The translations under genes and the position numbers were made by a program. Positions 1-15,000 of a DNA stretch of 64,000 nt are shown here, piece after piece; position 1 is the stretch's first letter, and every line of letters begins with the position of its first letter. Source of the DNA: Lingula anatina (lineage: Eukaryota; Animalia; Brachiopoda); NCBI GenBank assembly GCA_051362555.1, contig CM120641.1:13702001-13766000 (forward strand), read 5' to 3'. The notes beneath the pieces are model-generated. The model saw only the letters and a list, made by a program, of their open reading frames with translations. It did not search any database and had not been told where the DNA came from.

Positions 1-992
1 ATGATAGTTAGTTCACAGCTACATGTATGTTCTGCTGGGGGTTGGTCACAAGACAGTGCATGCTGGTTCCTTCTTGCCATTGTCAGAATGATCTCTTTGG
101 GAACCTAGGCTTAAGATGCAGATGAATACCATTAGATTTCTGGCCAGGAAGCAAAAGCCATTTTCATGGTGGCCATTGAATAATTCCACGGGCTTGTGAT
201 TTTTGTGCCATCTGCAGTCTCTGTGAAGTATGACTATCATTGCATACTGGGGCCACTGACCATTGCCCAGTATTGGCTATCCATAGTCAGGACTGATAAG
301 AGATAACCAAGGCACAAACAGATGATTTCTAATAATTTGTTTACTCAGTCAAGCCCTTTGAATAGACCAACTTTGCCAATAATATCACCAGAAAGAGAAA
401 AGAAATATGAAAGGATTTGGGACTGACCATGAACTTTGTTATGTAAGAAAAATGAAGTCATTTTGGTAGAATCAATATAAGTTCAACTTTGGACAGGATG
501 TCATCAAACTTTGTGCCAGATCCCCAATAAGCAGCAGCCAAAGATGGCCAAATTCAATTTACAGTATTAACTGTTGGTGTCTTGTAGTTTTAAGTGTTTC
601 TGTGGCAGCTCTGGGTTTTTAGTGTTGTGTTGTTGAATTAAATTAAACTAGGACTGCATTTTGATGCACCAACTGACCAGCTCTGCCATATTCTTTCTTC
701 ACTGAAACTTTATTGTTTTCAGCTGGACAGTGTTTTGGATTCGCTTTAGTAAACTTCAGACTTTGGGGAACAAATTAAGGGAATAAAAGTGAGCGGTGGT
801 GGGAGCAGTGTTGCGGTGTCCAGTATCACTGGCCTGGGATACAGTTGGATGTACAGGCACAGTTCACACATAGAGAAAGCATTAATCATTTAATGGAAAG
901 ACAGGGTGGCCAGAGCAGGCAGGGTGGACAACAACATGTTCTGTGAATGAATCTCTCCCAGAACTGCAACTGTTCTGCATGGCAGAAGCAGT

Positions 993-1040
993 GTAGTAGT
1001 AGTAGTAGTAGTTTTGGCAGTGGTAGTAGTATAGTATAGT
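993..1040. repeat. (GTA)n microsatellite, interrupted
   Basis: gtagtagtagtagtagtagt plus degenerate continuation. Confidence 0.8.
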
Positions 1041-1145
1041 AAATTTGAAAGTTTTCAGAAGCCAAGTGGGCAGGCAACAGGCTATCTCAATGATCTGAAC
1101 ATGTTGTAATCCCAACTCCACACAAACAAAACCACAAGCAATCTG

Positions 1146-1832
1146 GGGCCGGTTTCACAAAGCAGTAGTTAGTTAGCGATCGGTAGTTAGCCTCTCGCTA
1201 GTTATAGTGCCGTTTCACGAAGCAGTCGCTAGTTCTCTCGCTCTTTATTGTCTCGTTGTTACCTTGGATATTTAACGACTGGTCAGAGCAGTCGCTAACT
1301 CTAGAGTTTCATCGTGCGCATGCGTAATGAGTGAAATAAAAAGGTTGCTTAGTTACCGTTGTCTGTCGTTTGTCTTTGTATCCAATATGGCGGCTACCTT
1401 TCTTGCTATCCGTACCGCCAGACGGCAACGTAGACTACGGCGTTTTCATGAAAGGCAGAATCTATTAGAATATACACACGATGATGCAATTTACGAGAGG
1501 TTGTGCCTAGCTGTGACAAAAAGAGCGGCAAAAAGGTGGTGGAAATTCTTTACGACGACCTCAAAGCAGACGTTCTTATGCATTTCCAGCCACCAAAAAT
1601 TGGAGAGTTAGTGCTTTCGTGACACTTTTACGCGAGAGTTCCACTTCCGGCAGACGGTTTCGAGACTACGGTGAGTAACGAGAGAACTAACGACCGAACT
1701 TTACGACTGAACTTAGCGATGAGTTAACTACTGCTTCGTGAAACACCCCTCGAAAATCGCTAAGTTAGCTCGTTAGCGAGGTAGTTCAGTAGTTAGTTGT
1801 TCTAACTAACTACTGCTTTGTGAAACCGGCCC
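1146..1832. mobile_element. Internally deleted PIF/Harbinger DNA transposon in an MRTF intron
   Basis: TIR GGGCCGGTTTCACAAAGCAGTAGTTAGTTAG with a perfect reverse complement ending at 1832; CTG target duplication (1143-1145 and 1833-1835); subterminal GTTTCACGAAGCAGT copies; internal ATG at 1387 gives RRFHERQNLLEYTHDDAIYER, resembling a Harbinger transposase N-terminus; CpG-rich relative to flanks. Confidence 0.85.
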
Positions 1833-4649
1833 CTGGCATGGTTGTGTTTGAATGTGTATGTATGTGAGTGTATGCGTGTGTGCTGACTCCATGGTTTCTT
1901 GCCACAAAGTCTGAGGATGAGTGTCCAGCGGCATGGCCAGTTTACCACTGTTTATTTGGCCTGATCAAACTGTATAAACCTCAGTCTTATTGGAATCTCC
2001 AATAGACATTAGGAAATAGGCCATAAGTTTATACTGGGATATCAACAAATTGTTCACACACTTATAATGTGATTTCCCTAGTGATCTGCCATGCTCTTGG
2101 CCAATTATACCCCATTAGATAAAACTGTTTGATTCAGATTTAGAATTATGGAAGACTAAATGGTCAAATATTGACCCAGTGACTTTGGGAATATTCAGAA
2201 GAGAAATTCCATTTGAGACTGCACCTTTAAAAGAATGTGCTTTAGCGGGCAGCTCAGGTAATGTGACTGACGCCATGTAACCAACAGCATGTAAAAACAC
2301 ATTGCCTATAAAAACACGTCTTTCAAAATTCTTTTTTCTTTCTGACTTTCTTGACATTTTGTCATGTAGACTTGGGTTTAGGATACTGAAGTAATGAGTT
2401 ACGAAGGAAGCTCTCAGCTTTGTACCAAATAAACTTAACAATAAAAATACCAAAAACTCCCCAGAGTTTTTCTTCTTGTATTATAGGGTACTCTGTCTTC
2501 CTGTATTCTAACATCTTGAAATGTATACTTGATACATATATCATATCCCATAGCCTTTGAGAAAAAAAAAATAGGAAATCAAAAATCATCAGTTATTCAA
2601 TGTCATACTTTGAGCTGCAATAGAATCTTGACATTATGTATAAGTTTACATTGCCTGGCATTCTCTTTCGCGCAAATTTTCTGTCCTGGTTCCTGCATTC
2701 CCGGTGGTCGGGTAAGTATGCTGCTAGCCTTGGTTACCAGGTGAACAATTGGTCCAGAACAGCCTGTGCCATTATCAATCATTTGGAAGGTGGTAAATAA
2801 CAAAGTGGGATGTCCATTCTGATCTGCCTCTCTGGCCCTTGAGGTAATTCTCGAAGATAAGGCACTAGCATCCGCATGTTTCACACCATTTTATCATCAT
2901 GTTGTAGTTATTGATGTCAGAATGCTGCAATCAGGAGGGATGTAGATAGTCTCACCTGAAGTGGCACCATTTTACACGGAATCGCTCAACACTGTGTAAA
3001 GCAATAGATATGAATTCTTTGATTGGAGCAGTGATGAGCTGCTAGTCATGTTTTCATACAAAGACAAGATTTACTATCATATCAGTGAAAAGCTTAGATT
3101 GTTTCATTTAATAGGATTTATTCATTTGTTGAAGCAAATTACCAGTAAAATTGCACTCTGTCTGCTCTCCCTGCTTTTCCCTCACAGGCAGAGAACAACA
3201 GATGTTGCAGCAAAGTTGAGTAATAAATCACAAAGGCTTGCGCTGCTGACAAGACAGAGAGTCATAGGCACAAGCCAACCAACGGATCTTGTTTAGTAAA
3301 CGTGGCAGGAGGGGGAGACTTTGGTGTGATGCCTGGCACACGACTCTCCACACTTGGGGCATGTCTGGTTGGTGATACTAGAAAGGAGGGAAGGGGGGGG
3401 GGGGCTAGCACCATGTTTGTATAATGGGAGCAAGTCAGCCATTTCATCGCTGTACAGCACAGCCACACTTCTGCTTCCCCAGAATTAATCTGTGTTTATG
3501 TTGTTGACGCTGAGGCTGAAACCAAGGGCTGTCTTTGTAAATTGACCATGTTAAATGGAGAAACTGTGTTCTTTATCAACCCAGCAGAATTATGAAGCCA
3601 GAGGTTTTGCAGATGTGGAAGAAAGTATTTTGGTACAAATTTCTGGTCTGTTGCCATTAAAGGGGGATTGCTGCATTTTGCACCTCTTGTATTAGTCTCG
3701 CCACATTTACTTTGGGGTGTGCAAACTTTTGTTGGAAAAACTCTTCCTTCTCAACCAGAATCACCAGTGACGTGTGGCCTGGACATAAAGGTACTTCAAC
3801 ACAGGGAGAGACCAAAAAAGACACCCAATAAAAAAACTGCAGACACATTAACACAAGTTTTTAAAGAGTCTTTTGAAAATCAAATGTTGCGGCAAAGTGA
3901 TCAATAAAGATCTGATGACAGTTGACATGTTGTCTCATCCAATCTACTGGCCTACCATATCAGGCTGGCTGGTAGAGAGATTATTATGGCACATTCATTT
4001 GTAGCACATTAGTTTTTGAAAATTTGGCAACATGACCAAAGGAATCGATACTGTTTGGTTGTAGTCATCAGTCTTGTCGTTGGTATTAATGTTCATGTTG
4101 GGGCAAACATCATGTATAATTATATGAACAGAGGGTTTGACCATTGTAAAAGTCTTTCAGCAGGCTTTCTTTGCTCCACTGACCGTTTATTCTCCCCTGG
4201 TCACCAATGTTATTGATGGAGGATATGGTGCTTTATGAATATATGTCTGTCGCCCCTGGTTGAAAAGTTGATAATCTAAATTTCCAAGGCATCTGTGTCC
4301 CATTTTAATTTTTTTCTTTAAATGCTATTTAATCCTTTCAAGCAGGAAGTGTGAATTGACTTGACAGGTTAGGCCTATGTCTGCCTTGAATCAATTAATG
4401 AAACTTACCAGGAGATGTGATTTGGGGTTTGGAATTGCTTATAAAATAGCTTTACAATCTAATGAAAGTCATAAAGCAGAACACATTGAAAAAAGATTTG
4501 TTTTATAACACAAATGTTTTCCTTGTTGTAGTTTTTGAATTTGCTTTATAAAACTGTTCAAAGGTAATTTGATTAATCACAAGTTGTTAAGAAGTATTAT
4601 GGTGACTTTTTTCAATTACTTTTCATTAACACATTTCCTTTTTTTCTAG

Positions 4650-7600
4650 CACTGAAAACACCGCCAGCATTTGCCCACCAACAGAAACAGTTAGAGAGAG
4701 CAAGGGTAAGACACATCAACATTTTATTTAAACACTGTCCAATTGGTTTGCCCCCCGTCTGGGGTTCTATATCAAGATTACTTTTGCTTAAGAATTATCT
4801 CAGGAATTAAATTTAAGGATTAATAAATAGCAATTTGTTAAAAAAATAGTTGAAGTTGTAATCCATTTGTCTATGGATTATTTTTACCATCATGGGGATA
4901 AAACACTGTTTAACCCCCCCCCCCCCAAGTCATCCATTCTCCCCTCATTGTTGACTGAGTGAGGTCAGATGTAACAGTCCCAAGGGAAAATAGTCCACCC
5001 TCCCACCTGAGTGAAGTCACCACCTGGGGGCCACTGTGAGAGTTTGCTATCTCTTCTGTTCTCAGTAATCTTCTGGCACATCACCTTGTCTTCTTCTGTG
5101 ATTTGCTTTAATTTCTCCTGCATGGTCTCCATTAACTTGACTTGGCACCAGAACTGATTACCGGTGTTTACCCAAGTTGACTTGAAAATTTAAAATGTTA
5201 GGAGGAATGCAAAGTAAACTGGCGTATGATACTCGCTACTTTTACTTTGAGATCTACGCTAACTGTAGTTTTATCTGCTGTGAAGGCAGATGGCAACATA
5301 GACAGAGCCTAGACCTAAACAAAGATTGGGAAAAAATTTAAACTTTGTGTGTCAAAAAAGTAAATACCTTGCATCTTGTATGTAAAACCAGGAATGGTAT
5401 AAAAGATGGGTGAATAGTTGAGATGCCTAAAAAGCAAGGTTTGTGCTTTGGAAAAGGCTTTCCCAATTACAAGTCTGACAGTGACTGGGAGCATCCCACA
5501 TGGATGCCAGGCTTTGTTCCAGGCAAGGTACTGTTTCTAATTTGACTTTAGATTATTGTTAAATTGAATAAAGAATACCACCCAAATGAAACGAGTGACT
5601 AAAATGGATCATTCAACATGTTGTGAAAACAGCATGAAAAACACAAGCCCACAAATAGGACCCAAAGTGATTTGTGCCTAAACTAATTCTCCAAAGTGCT
5701 CATCATTCGAGTGATATTGTGGAATTTATCATCTTTTTTACCTCCAACAAAAGACATTATCTCAGTATGTGCCATAACCCCTCTGCATGGCATTTGTGAC
5801 TGAAGGAATTAAATGCTCCTCAAATCATAATATATCTGTGTTGTACTTAGAAACAGGAAGAGGACCAGGCACATGTCAAAATGTTGAATTTGTTAGGAAG
5901 AGATGATCAGAAACAACAGACTCCGAGAGTTTCAATTATGGCTAAATTTACACTCCAGGCTGTGGCATTTAATTCAAGTTTAATATCAAATTCTTTCCCC
6001 ATTAGAAGCAGAAGAGCTCTTGTGTGTCTTCTTACAGCAAGCTCCACTACGAGCTCATTATCACTAAAAGCAAACGATTTGAACAGAGTGTGACGCAAGC
6101 ATGGGGTGATGTATAGGGCTCCAAATTGTCGTGAGCCATCTGGTCTTCCTTGCTGGCTGTTCATTCTAATTAAACCAGGTACTTCAGCCCAGGGCAAACA
6201 TTAAAAATAACAGTTTTTTTTAAGGTGACTTTTTTAAAAATGAAAAAAGGGGGAAAAAAAAGATGTCATTCTTATTTTTGAATGTCTGAGGGGGTTTCAG
6301 CTGTTTGTTTGTCGGTAGTGCCAAAGAAAGGCAGTTGGTGTCTTTTCTCAGGTGAAAGATAAAAAGGAAATTCAAAAATTTATTTTTTTTACTGTGCATG
6401 TTCCTCTCTTTGGCACCAACAATAGAAATAAAAAAGATAATGAAATGTGAACATGAAATTAATGGCCAATATCTTGAAAGTCCAATTCCATTCACAGGAA
6501 TCAATGAACAGTCCCACCTTAAACCAAGCTTTATGCTTGTGGCATGGAGTACAGTTCAGAGAAATCTGTCTTGTCTTTTTCCTATTTTGTAGTCCTGTTA
6601 ATGATGATTTATTGTGTAATGTCTCTCCTAGGACACTGGGCTAGTTTCCAAAAAAATGAGCACATCCCTTCATCTTTCTTCATTGGCACACTAAATGAAA
6701 GGTTAATGCTATTTTTGGGGATCACATAATCCCAACTGAATTTTCAGACAAAAATTTTATTACATCTCTGCTCTAGTGCCATGTTTTATCCCAGTAATTT
6801 TTAGATACTTTTTATTTTGGTGGAAGGATCGTGTATTTTATGTGTGCCAATATTGATTTTTAGTGCAAAATTTTCCTTATTCCCGTTGAATATCTTCAGA
6901 TGTTGTATGTAGTGACTCCAAACTGGAATGAAAATTACCAAGAATATTAAGAAAACAGCAGGAAAACGTATTGTAAACATGGTAATCATGGTACCACAGA
7001 GGAAAATTAACAAATGGATTTTAGATTGAAAATTCCCATTGAAGCACATTTACCCACATTATCAGTCTTAAATGTTTTGACTTTTGGTCAGATTGGTCTG
7101 TGGTGTAAATTTGTTGTTAATTGCAATCAGCACAGAGGTATAATCAATTTACATTGTTGATATTAACTTGGGGAGTACTTGTCTGCTTGCCAGGAATAGG
7201 TCTTAAGTGACATCACCACTGACATCAGACAAGTACAGAAAGGGAATTGGGACGTTTATTTAACACTAATTTTGTAAATTTATGGGAAATATCTTGTAAG
7301 AGCTAAGGGAAACTCAAATTAAAAAAAAAAAAAAAAAAGGATAAAGAAAGGAGAAAAGAATTGATAGGGATTTTGTTTGTTTAGATAACTGTTCATGTAA
7401 TCAGCACATTGGCCTATGTTGATGATTGTACATTGACAAGAACAGTAGGCAGTAAAGCACTTAAGCATGCGGGACAGACTTGTGTATTTATAATGACATG
7501 GAAGTTTATGGACATGAATGGACTGAAAGTAAACTGAGTTTGCGGTAGGTTTTCCTCCACATCAGCTGACAGCCATGTGCAAGAATGCATCACTGTAACA

Positions 7601-10600
7601 CCAAGTCATGTTCCTGGACTTCTTTCTTTGTGCCATTTGCCAGTAGATTGCTTTGTATTGGATTCATGTACTTTGCTATTATTTTAACATGAATAACACC
7701 CACGAAGAGATGCCATAATGCATGTCACATTTTTTACAGAAAATTTTTTACACACAGGATGAAAAGGTTAATCCTTCAAAAAATGTTCAGTAACTGTTAA
7801 CTTACATGTTCTGAATATTGTTTTACAGACAGGAGACTTGATCAGACACAAAATCCAGAATCGTCCAGACAGACAGTCTCTGGTTGACCACCATATTTTA
7901 GAAGGTGAGTTTTGCATACAACCTACATTCATAAAAAGGCAAAACATTATAGCTACTACATAGTAAACAAATTCAGTGATAGAAGCTGCCACAGGTAAAG
8001 TATCACTGCAATAGGTGGACTTTTAGTAGTAGCCAACCTTGTACCATGATAAAGTGTATCTAAAGTTGACCACAGACAGGGCAATTGTGGAGTAAAAAAT
8101 TCAGAGTGGTTTCAGGCTACTTATCCAGTTTAAGAAAATACAGAGCAAGTACTGCCTACCATGAAAACTGAAGTTCTGTAAATATTAATGAGTGTTTCAC
8201 CTGCTTAACTACTGCTACTTCTGTTAAGCAGAAGAAAAATAGTACATAATGGGCTCCTAAATGTACCAGGGAAATTGTCCTTGCAATGGCGTAGGTCTGT
8301 TCAAAAGCCTAACCAAACTGAGGTTAATGCTTTATCTAAGGTAGAAGCAAAACCAGATTTCACAATATTCATGAATTGTAAGGTTAAAGCACAAAAGCAC
8401 ATACACTTGTGCGCATGCACACTTTCTAATATTGGGAAATTGAAAGTTGCCTCATGCGAAAAATATCTCCATGAATAAGACATTTAGAATTGGTTAAAAT
8501 GTATTTCAAATATCTTGGTGTGCCCTGTACTTGGTGTGTGGCTGAAGAAGTGAAAATGCTCTTATCTTTTTTACCTGCACATAATTCAACGTGCACCACT
8601 GTCAGTGTACCATATCAAAAGTGATGATCTGACTCACTTCAAATTCTTGTATTGCCTCTTGAGTTTGACCTCGCTGGATTTTTATGTTTTAGTGGCAGAT
8701 GAATAATATATTTTCACTGACAGAAAGGTATTTTCATTTCTTTATCATAAAGAATAAAAAAGATTTGGGTTATTTTGTGCGTATGTGAGCCTAAAGACAC
8801 TGGGTAGGTATTTGCCATACATAAAAAAGGAAATCTTGTTATCACATATAAATTCAGTAATATCTTCCCTATTGTAGAATCTACCTGTATGTTCCCTCTT
8901 CCCTTCTTTTAATTAAGAAATGCTGTCGTCAGCCAGCAGTGAGATTAGTGTTTGGACAGCATGCCTGCCTGGGACTATTTCATCTCTGCCCCTGCTATTT
9001 CACCATTAACTCTCAAGGAATCCTGAAGCAAGAACAAAAATACAACACAGAAGGGCCTTGAATGAGTATAATGGTGAAGACAGGAGGAGGTGAAAGAGAA
9101 AACAACTGCAAGGTGTGTTGTTTGTTGGCAGGTGAAAGGGAAGCTGTGGTCAGGTGTTTGTTTGGATAGAACAGCGGAGTTCTCCCCCTATCATAGGTTT
9201 CCCTGAGTGACCAGGCAGGAATTAACAGTAATTCATTAAGCTTTTTAGTAATTAAGACATCAGCTGTTGTCTCACTCTCTCTTTCTCTCTGGAGAGTGGC
9301 TTAATGTGAAATGATCAGAAAAGTCCCTGCTTAGGACTTAAGGGAAGATTAGCGTGTTATGGGAAGTGAAAATTTGTTCCTACTTAGGGTAACTCCTGAG
9401 AAGTTGATCAGATTATTGTGATTTCTCCTATGATACATTTTAAGAATCTTAAGACAAAACATGTTTGTTTTCATTGGAATAGAAAACAAATTTGCTCATG
9501 TTCATTTAATGTTGGTAAAATTTGGGGTATGAAGGGAGCAACCAAGAAGAAGCAACACTTAGCTAAGATTTTTTCACACAAGAAAAAAATCGAGGGGTCT
9601 AGCTTGTGTACCTTGATATCATTTAAGCACAGACGCTTTCACATTTGACCACTAATTACAACAAACTTCAGATCTGAGGCGAACTCCATCTCATTTTGTC
9701 TGATGCTGCGTAGTACTCTAGACACAAGAGCCTGCCCAAGAGCCTGTTGTCCTTGGCAATGTTCTTTTGCAGCTGACTCTACATTTAACCCCACAGCAGT
9801 TGGCCAGTACAAAGTCATATTACTGTCAGGAATCGGCTTTCTTTATTTCTTCACTTCCGAGTTCTAGAAGGATTGTCTTAGAAGTCCAACATCTTCAGAA
9901 TTTGGCAACACTCTCGGTTCATCAGCAAAATGTGATTTAAAGCATTTGTGATTCCAAATTTACATAGCGAATATGGGGGAGTGCTTGAATGCAATTTTGG
10001 GGTGTGTTTAGTCATTCTACATTAATTTTGAATAAGACTGTTTCTTTTGACAATATGACTGGTTGTTTACTTGCTGAAAGAATTTGCAAAAAATGAAACA
10101 CTAAAAAGTATTTTTAGCAACTTCACAGGTCACATTATTTTTTGGCTGAGAAACAGATTTTAGCCTCTCCCCCACATACCACCTCCACACAATTAACAAC
10201 TGATCTGATCATTTTTTTGACCTGGATGAGATGATATAATGGACAGCAATCCTGTTATTTACAGCTAGGTTAATATGCAAGAAAAGGTTAAACATCAGTA
10301 ATATTTTATGTTAGGCATGGTGTCTACCTCTGTAGGAGGATAGGTGGGTGTTGAGACTGATCTTCCAGGTAAACTTCCACAGCATAGACTTCTAAGCACT
10401 CTATAATTAATGTTACTTATCCATTTAACACTACTCACATCAATGGCTCACATTTATTTTAATGCAATTAGTGCAAGCACATCTGCATTTTGATCTTACT
10501 CTTGATAAGTTTTTTAGAACATATGAAACAAGAAGAAACAAGTAAGATGACCCAAGTGCTTATTTTTGTTTCTTGTTCTGTTTCATACAGACAGCAAAGC

Positions 10601-12042
10601 TGATCCATCACTGCATGAAAAACAGCGGCAGCTGAAGCGAGCAAGAGTTGCTGATGAGTTGAATGAAAAATTATCTCATCGCCCAGGTCCTCTGGAACTG
10701 GTGGAAGACAACATCCTGCCAGCAGAGGGTGGTTTTATCAATAAAATCAAAGGTGTGGATTTGTTCTTTGCATTACTTCTAATCATTTTCTGTATCTCTC
10801 CATGTGAAGTTAAGTCTGTATTTTCAGTGACTCCAGGAAGTCCTTGTAGCCCTTGCTTATCGATTACAGGGTGGGAAAAACATAACTGAAAATATCATGG
10901 CAAATCATTTTTATCATTTACATGTGAAAAGTTGATACTTGCACATGGTATATTATTAGATAAAATGGCAGACTGAATTTGCTCAAGATCCTGTTTCTTA
11001 GTCATTTATCAAAAAAAAAAAAAAAAAAAGTTATTGACATAAATTCTTATACACCCTGTATATTTGTTATAGTTTCTGGTAGGTCTCTACATGAAAGTTA
11101 TGTGTTCCTTGTTTTAACAGCATGTAACCAGGGTATTCAGAGATATAGGAACACGCTTAGGGAGGTATCGGGGATACATTTTCTGGAGTGGTGCTTACAA
11201 ATCCAGGAGTATACCTTATTTTCAGAGTGCTTTGATCTTAAAATCTACTGTAATTCTATAGTGAATCAAAATTTTTTGGATTTTTTTTTTTTTGCCTGGA
11301 TATAACAAATTTGATTCATTCGCTTTCTTATTTCCAGATGGCTCCATATCTTTCCATAAGACCTGTGAATCAGTTGGCACTGATGACTCAAATCTATTTG
11401 TATTTGGAGAGGACGATAACAGTAACAGTGAGGGGGTTCCATCACCGTCCACGGCTGATGACTCTGATACAAACACACAGGCCTCAATTGGGGGTTCCTC
11501 GTCTGTTCCATCACCACCAGAACTGGGGTCCTTCATGCAGAAGATCCAGAACAGCAGTGGAAGCTTTACCTTCAATGGACCTCCTATCACCTCTGAGTCA
11601 TTTGTTCCAATTAACAACACAGTCACCCAAGCAGGTGTCTCATCTTCCTCTAACTCCTCCTCCAAGTCCAATTATAATTCCAGTGGGAGCTCAAAGAACA
11701 GGAAAAATAAAGCCAAACCAAAACCAGCCACCAAATCAAAGGTAATCAAATTCCATGAATATAAAGGTCCACCAAATGCATCCAAGGTGCAACAAAACCA
11801 GCAGAACAGCAGCAATGCAGAAACTCCTTATCACATTCTTCTACAACAGCAGCAGTTGTTCTTGCAGTGGCAACTTGAGTTCCAGCAGAGGAACATGATG
11901 CTGATGCCTGCTAAACAGGCCGGTGGTGCTGCGGAGGGGTCTCCAGCTAACCAGGCAGCAACACAGACAGGTACAGTGACACTGAATAACACACCTGCAG
12001 CAGTGACAGCAAGTGGAACAACACAATCTGTGCAACAATCTC

Positions 12043-12073
<31 letters not shown>

Positions 12074-15000
12074 GCAGCAGCAACAGCAGGTGGCTTCAAT
12101 ACAATCTCCACAACCTCCACCACCATCTCCACAACAACAACAGCAGCAGCAGCAACCTCAGCAACAACTTCAGATTCAAGTTCACCAGCCATCTCCTCAA
12201 CAGCTGCCTCTGCAATCTCCACCTCAAATACATAACCAAGTAGCTCTTCAGCAGCAGCAGCAACAGCAACAACAGCAAAAACAAAAGCAGCAACAGCAGC
12301 AAATTCAGCAGTTAAAACAGCAGTTGCATCAGCAGCAGCATCAATCACAGAAACAGCAATCGTCTCAACCCATTCAACAGACAAAACCACAACAGGCTAG
12401 TCCACACCATTCAACACAGCAATCATCAGAGCAACCTAAACCTAAAACGCTGGAAGATTTGAAAGTGGCTGATCTGAAGGCAGAGTTGAAAAAGAGAAAT
12501 CTACCGGTGTCTGGGTCCAAGCCACACTTAATAGAACGCTTAAAGCCCTATGTAGATTCCATTCTCAGTGCATGGAATGAGAATTCTACCACTGGTGTAC
12601 AGTCTGCTGGTACAACATTGAGTGCTAGCACTAACTCACAACAGTCCAAACTTCCCCCTAAGCTGGTGATCAAGCAGGAACCCCAAACGCAGCCACAACC
12701 ACAGAAGATCCCTAACAGTGCTGATGAGGCAGGCAATGTGTCTATGTCCTCTCCGCCTATCTCCCCTGACAAACTGTCTGAACTGAACCAGTCAGTGGCC
12801 ACGCCCATGTCTCCAGATGACCTAGACATGTCCATTACATCACCAACAGCATTTACCTGGGGGATACCCATGAAAAAGAACAGTCTTACAAGTGCCAGTC
12901 AGAGCTCGATTCCAATGGCCATAGATGCTTCCCGTCCACCATCTGTGGCACCACAGGAGTCCATGGATGTGGACCTGAACATGAGTTTCAATGGCCCACC
13001 ATCTATTGATTCCCAAGTTAGCTGTTACAGTAGTGTGTCAAACACCTCAAATGTGTCTAATCTGTCCAGTGTGACAGCCACCACAGAGGAACTTGTTGCA
13101 AAGCAGCAAAAGACAATTGAAGAGTTGCAAAGAAAACTGCAAGAATCTCAGCTGAGGCTGCTTCAGCAGCAACACGAGCAGCAGACACTGCTTGTTCAGC
13201 AGCTACAGCAGCAACAGTCCCTGTTGAATGCTACCAGCAGCAGTGGTGGTAGTAGTGCAGCTTTGACACAAACTGTAGCACCACCTATTGTCACACAAGC
13301 CAATACAAGCCAAACCCAAGTGGTTCCAAGTATCACAATCTCGTCCAGTACAAGCAGTCCTGCAGTAGTGGCTAAACCAAATGTAACCTTCATTCAGCCT
13401 CAGTCTCTACATGATAGCCTGAACATGGGACAACACAAGGTACTATTTGCTACAACTGGACTCAATGGTCAGCAGCTGGTCTTCACTTCCAAACCTGTGG
13501 ATGCTATGAATATCAATGTTGTGGGCAAACTTGGCACCAGTGCTGCTACTACAACTGTTCCAGTCAATGGATTGAGTCAGAACAGGTATGTATGTCTATA
13601 CAATTAGCCCATACTGAACTTTTACTACTGTACATTTGCATTGCTTATGGGTTTGGCCAACTTTGTATCAGTGCCAATAAATAATTATTTTGCTCTTGGC
13701 TGTGTTCCCTACTTGTTTGTGGCTATTTTGAATTAGCTAGTATACTGGCATGGTAGTAAACTAAAGATGCTATGTATACAAGTGTTAAGTTGAAAAGACC
13801 TGATTTAGGGGTAAATCCAGTACCAGGTTCTTTAGGCAAGTATCCTAAGTGTTGTTAACACAATGTTGCCAAGCACCAAGTCTATAAAAATCTCCACAAG
13901 CTTGTATGATGTGAAAAGAGGCCTCGCTCACATCCATCAAAAAAGATTGAGAATTGCATATTAAAGATAGTCCTTCATTATTTATGTTATCTTACACACC
14001 TGTTACTCTGAGGTTCATGCTAGACATTAGTCTTGTTTGGTATGCTGAAGCATTCTTCCAAGGCCTGTTTTTCTCTACACGTAGTCTGTCTATTCTGTTT
14101 GTACTTGGGGCCCCAAGCCACAATCTCAACAGCCAAGAACCAGTTTAAAACCTGTCGGACATCCAAGGCTTGCGGTTGAAGTCTTAAATAAAGTGCCTTG
14201 GAAAATGAAATAGCAATAGTTAGGCAAGCTCAGGTATTTGGGCTAATGTTGGCTAGATGGACTAGGTGTCAGGTAATTTTGGAGCAGGTGTACAGGGTCA
14301 TTATTATATTCTGGAGATGCGTTTCCTATTTCTCAGATAGCCTCATTATACCTATGTATCTATTTCGATTTTGGGAAATTTAAGAAAATACTTCATGCTG
14401 ATAAAGAAAAACATGTTAACATGTTGATAACTAGAAATTTCACTTTTCCCCCTTTAAAGATGGCTATGGAGTGTTTCTTTAAATTGAAGTCCTCAAATCA
14501 CCTCAGGTGTTATTGCAGAGCTCTGTTGTTTTACATTTACATCTTGTTTTAATAATACCACCATTGAATTTAACTTGATCATTTTTTTGTCAAAATCCTC
14601 GCAATTAGAAGGTTCCTGTCTTTTACACATAAAGCTAATTTTAGTAGGAGTATCAGATAAAGCATTAAAAAAGAATGTTTCTAATAAATTGACTCCAGGT
14701 ATCAAAACTACTTGCTGACAGCTTATCGTGGGAGAAATTCACAAGAAAAACAACAGCAAGGAGTACATTTTGTCTCCCAGCATGACCTTAGTATTTACAC
14801 ACTGCATTCTGCTACAATGTCCCAGGTTTTTGAAATATGTTTAAAGAAGAGAGAAACTATTTCTCATTGTCTCTGTAGAGAAAATCCTGATGCCTTGTTT
14901 CACACAATATAGAATACAAATTCTGAGGAAGAAATAATGGGGGCTTTGTTTTGAAAGTTGAGAGATTTTACTTCAACAGTTTTGTTCATTTCATATATGA

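Noticed and set aside
2115-4216. Short ORFs in the MRTF intron as a possible RPEL1 or alternative first exon
   Set aside because: No RPEL-like peptide and no convincing phase-1 donor.
8621-8720. GTGATGA...CTGA resembling a C/D box snoRNA in an MRTF intron
   Set aside because: No terminal stem and no recognisable rRNA antisense element.
11222-13393. Antisense and alternate-frame ORFs (poly-Leu, Val/Ala, Asn/Ser) over the large MRTF exon
   Set aside because: Shadows of the CAA/CAG-rich coding strand.
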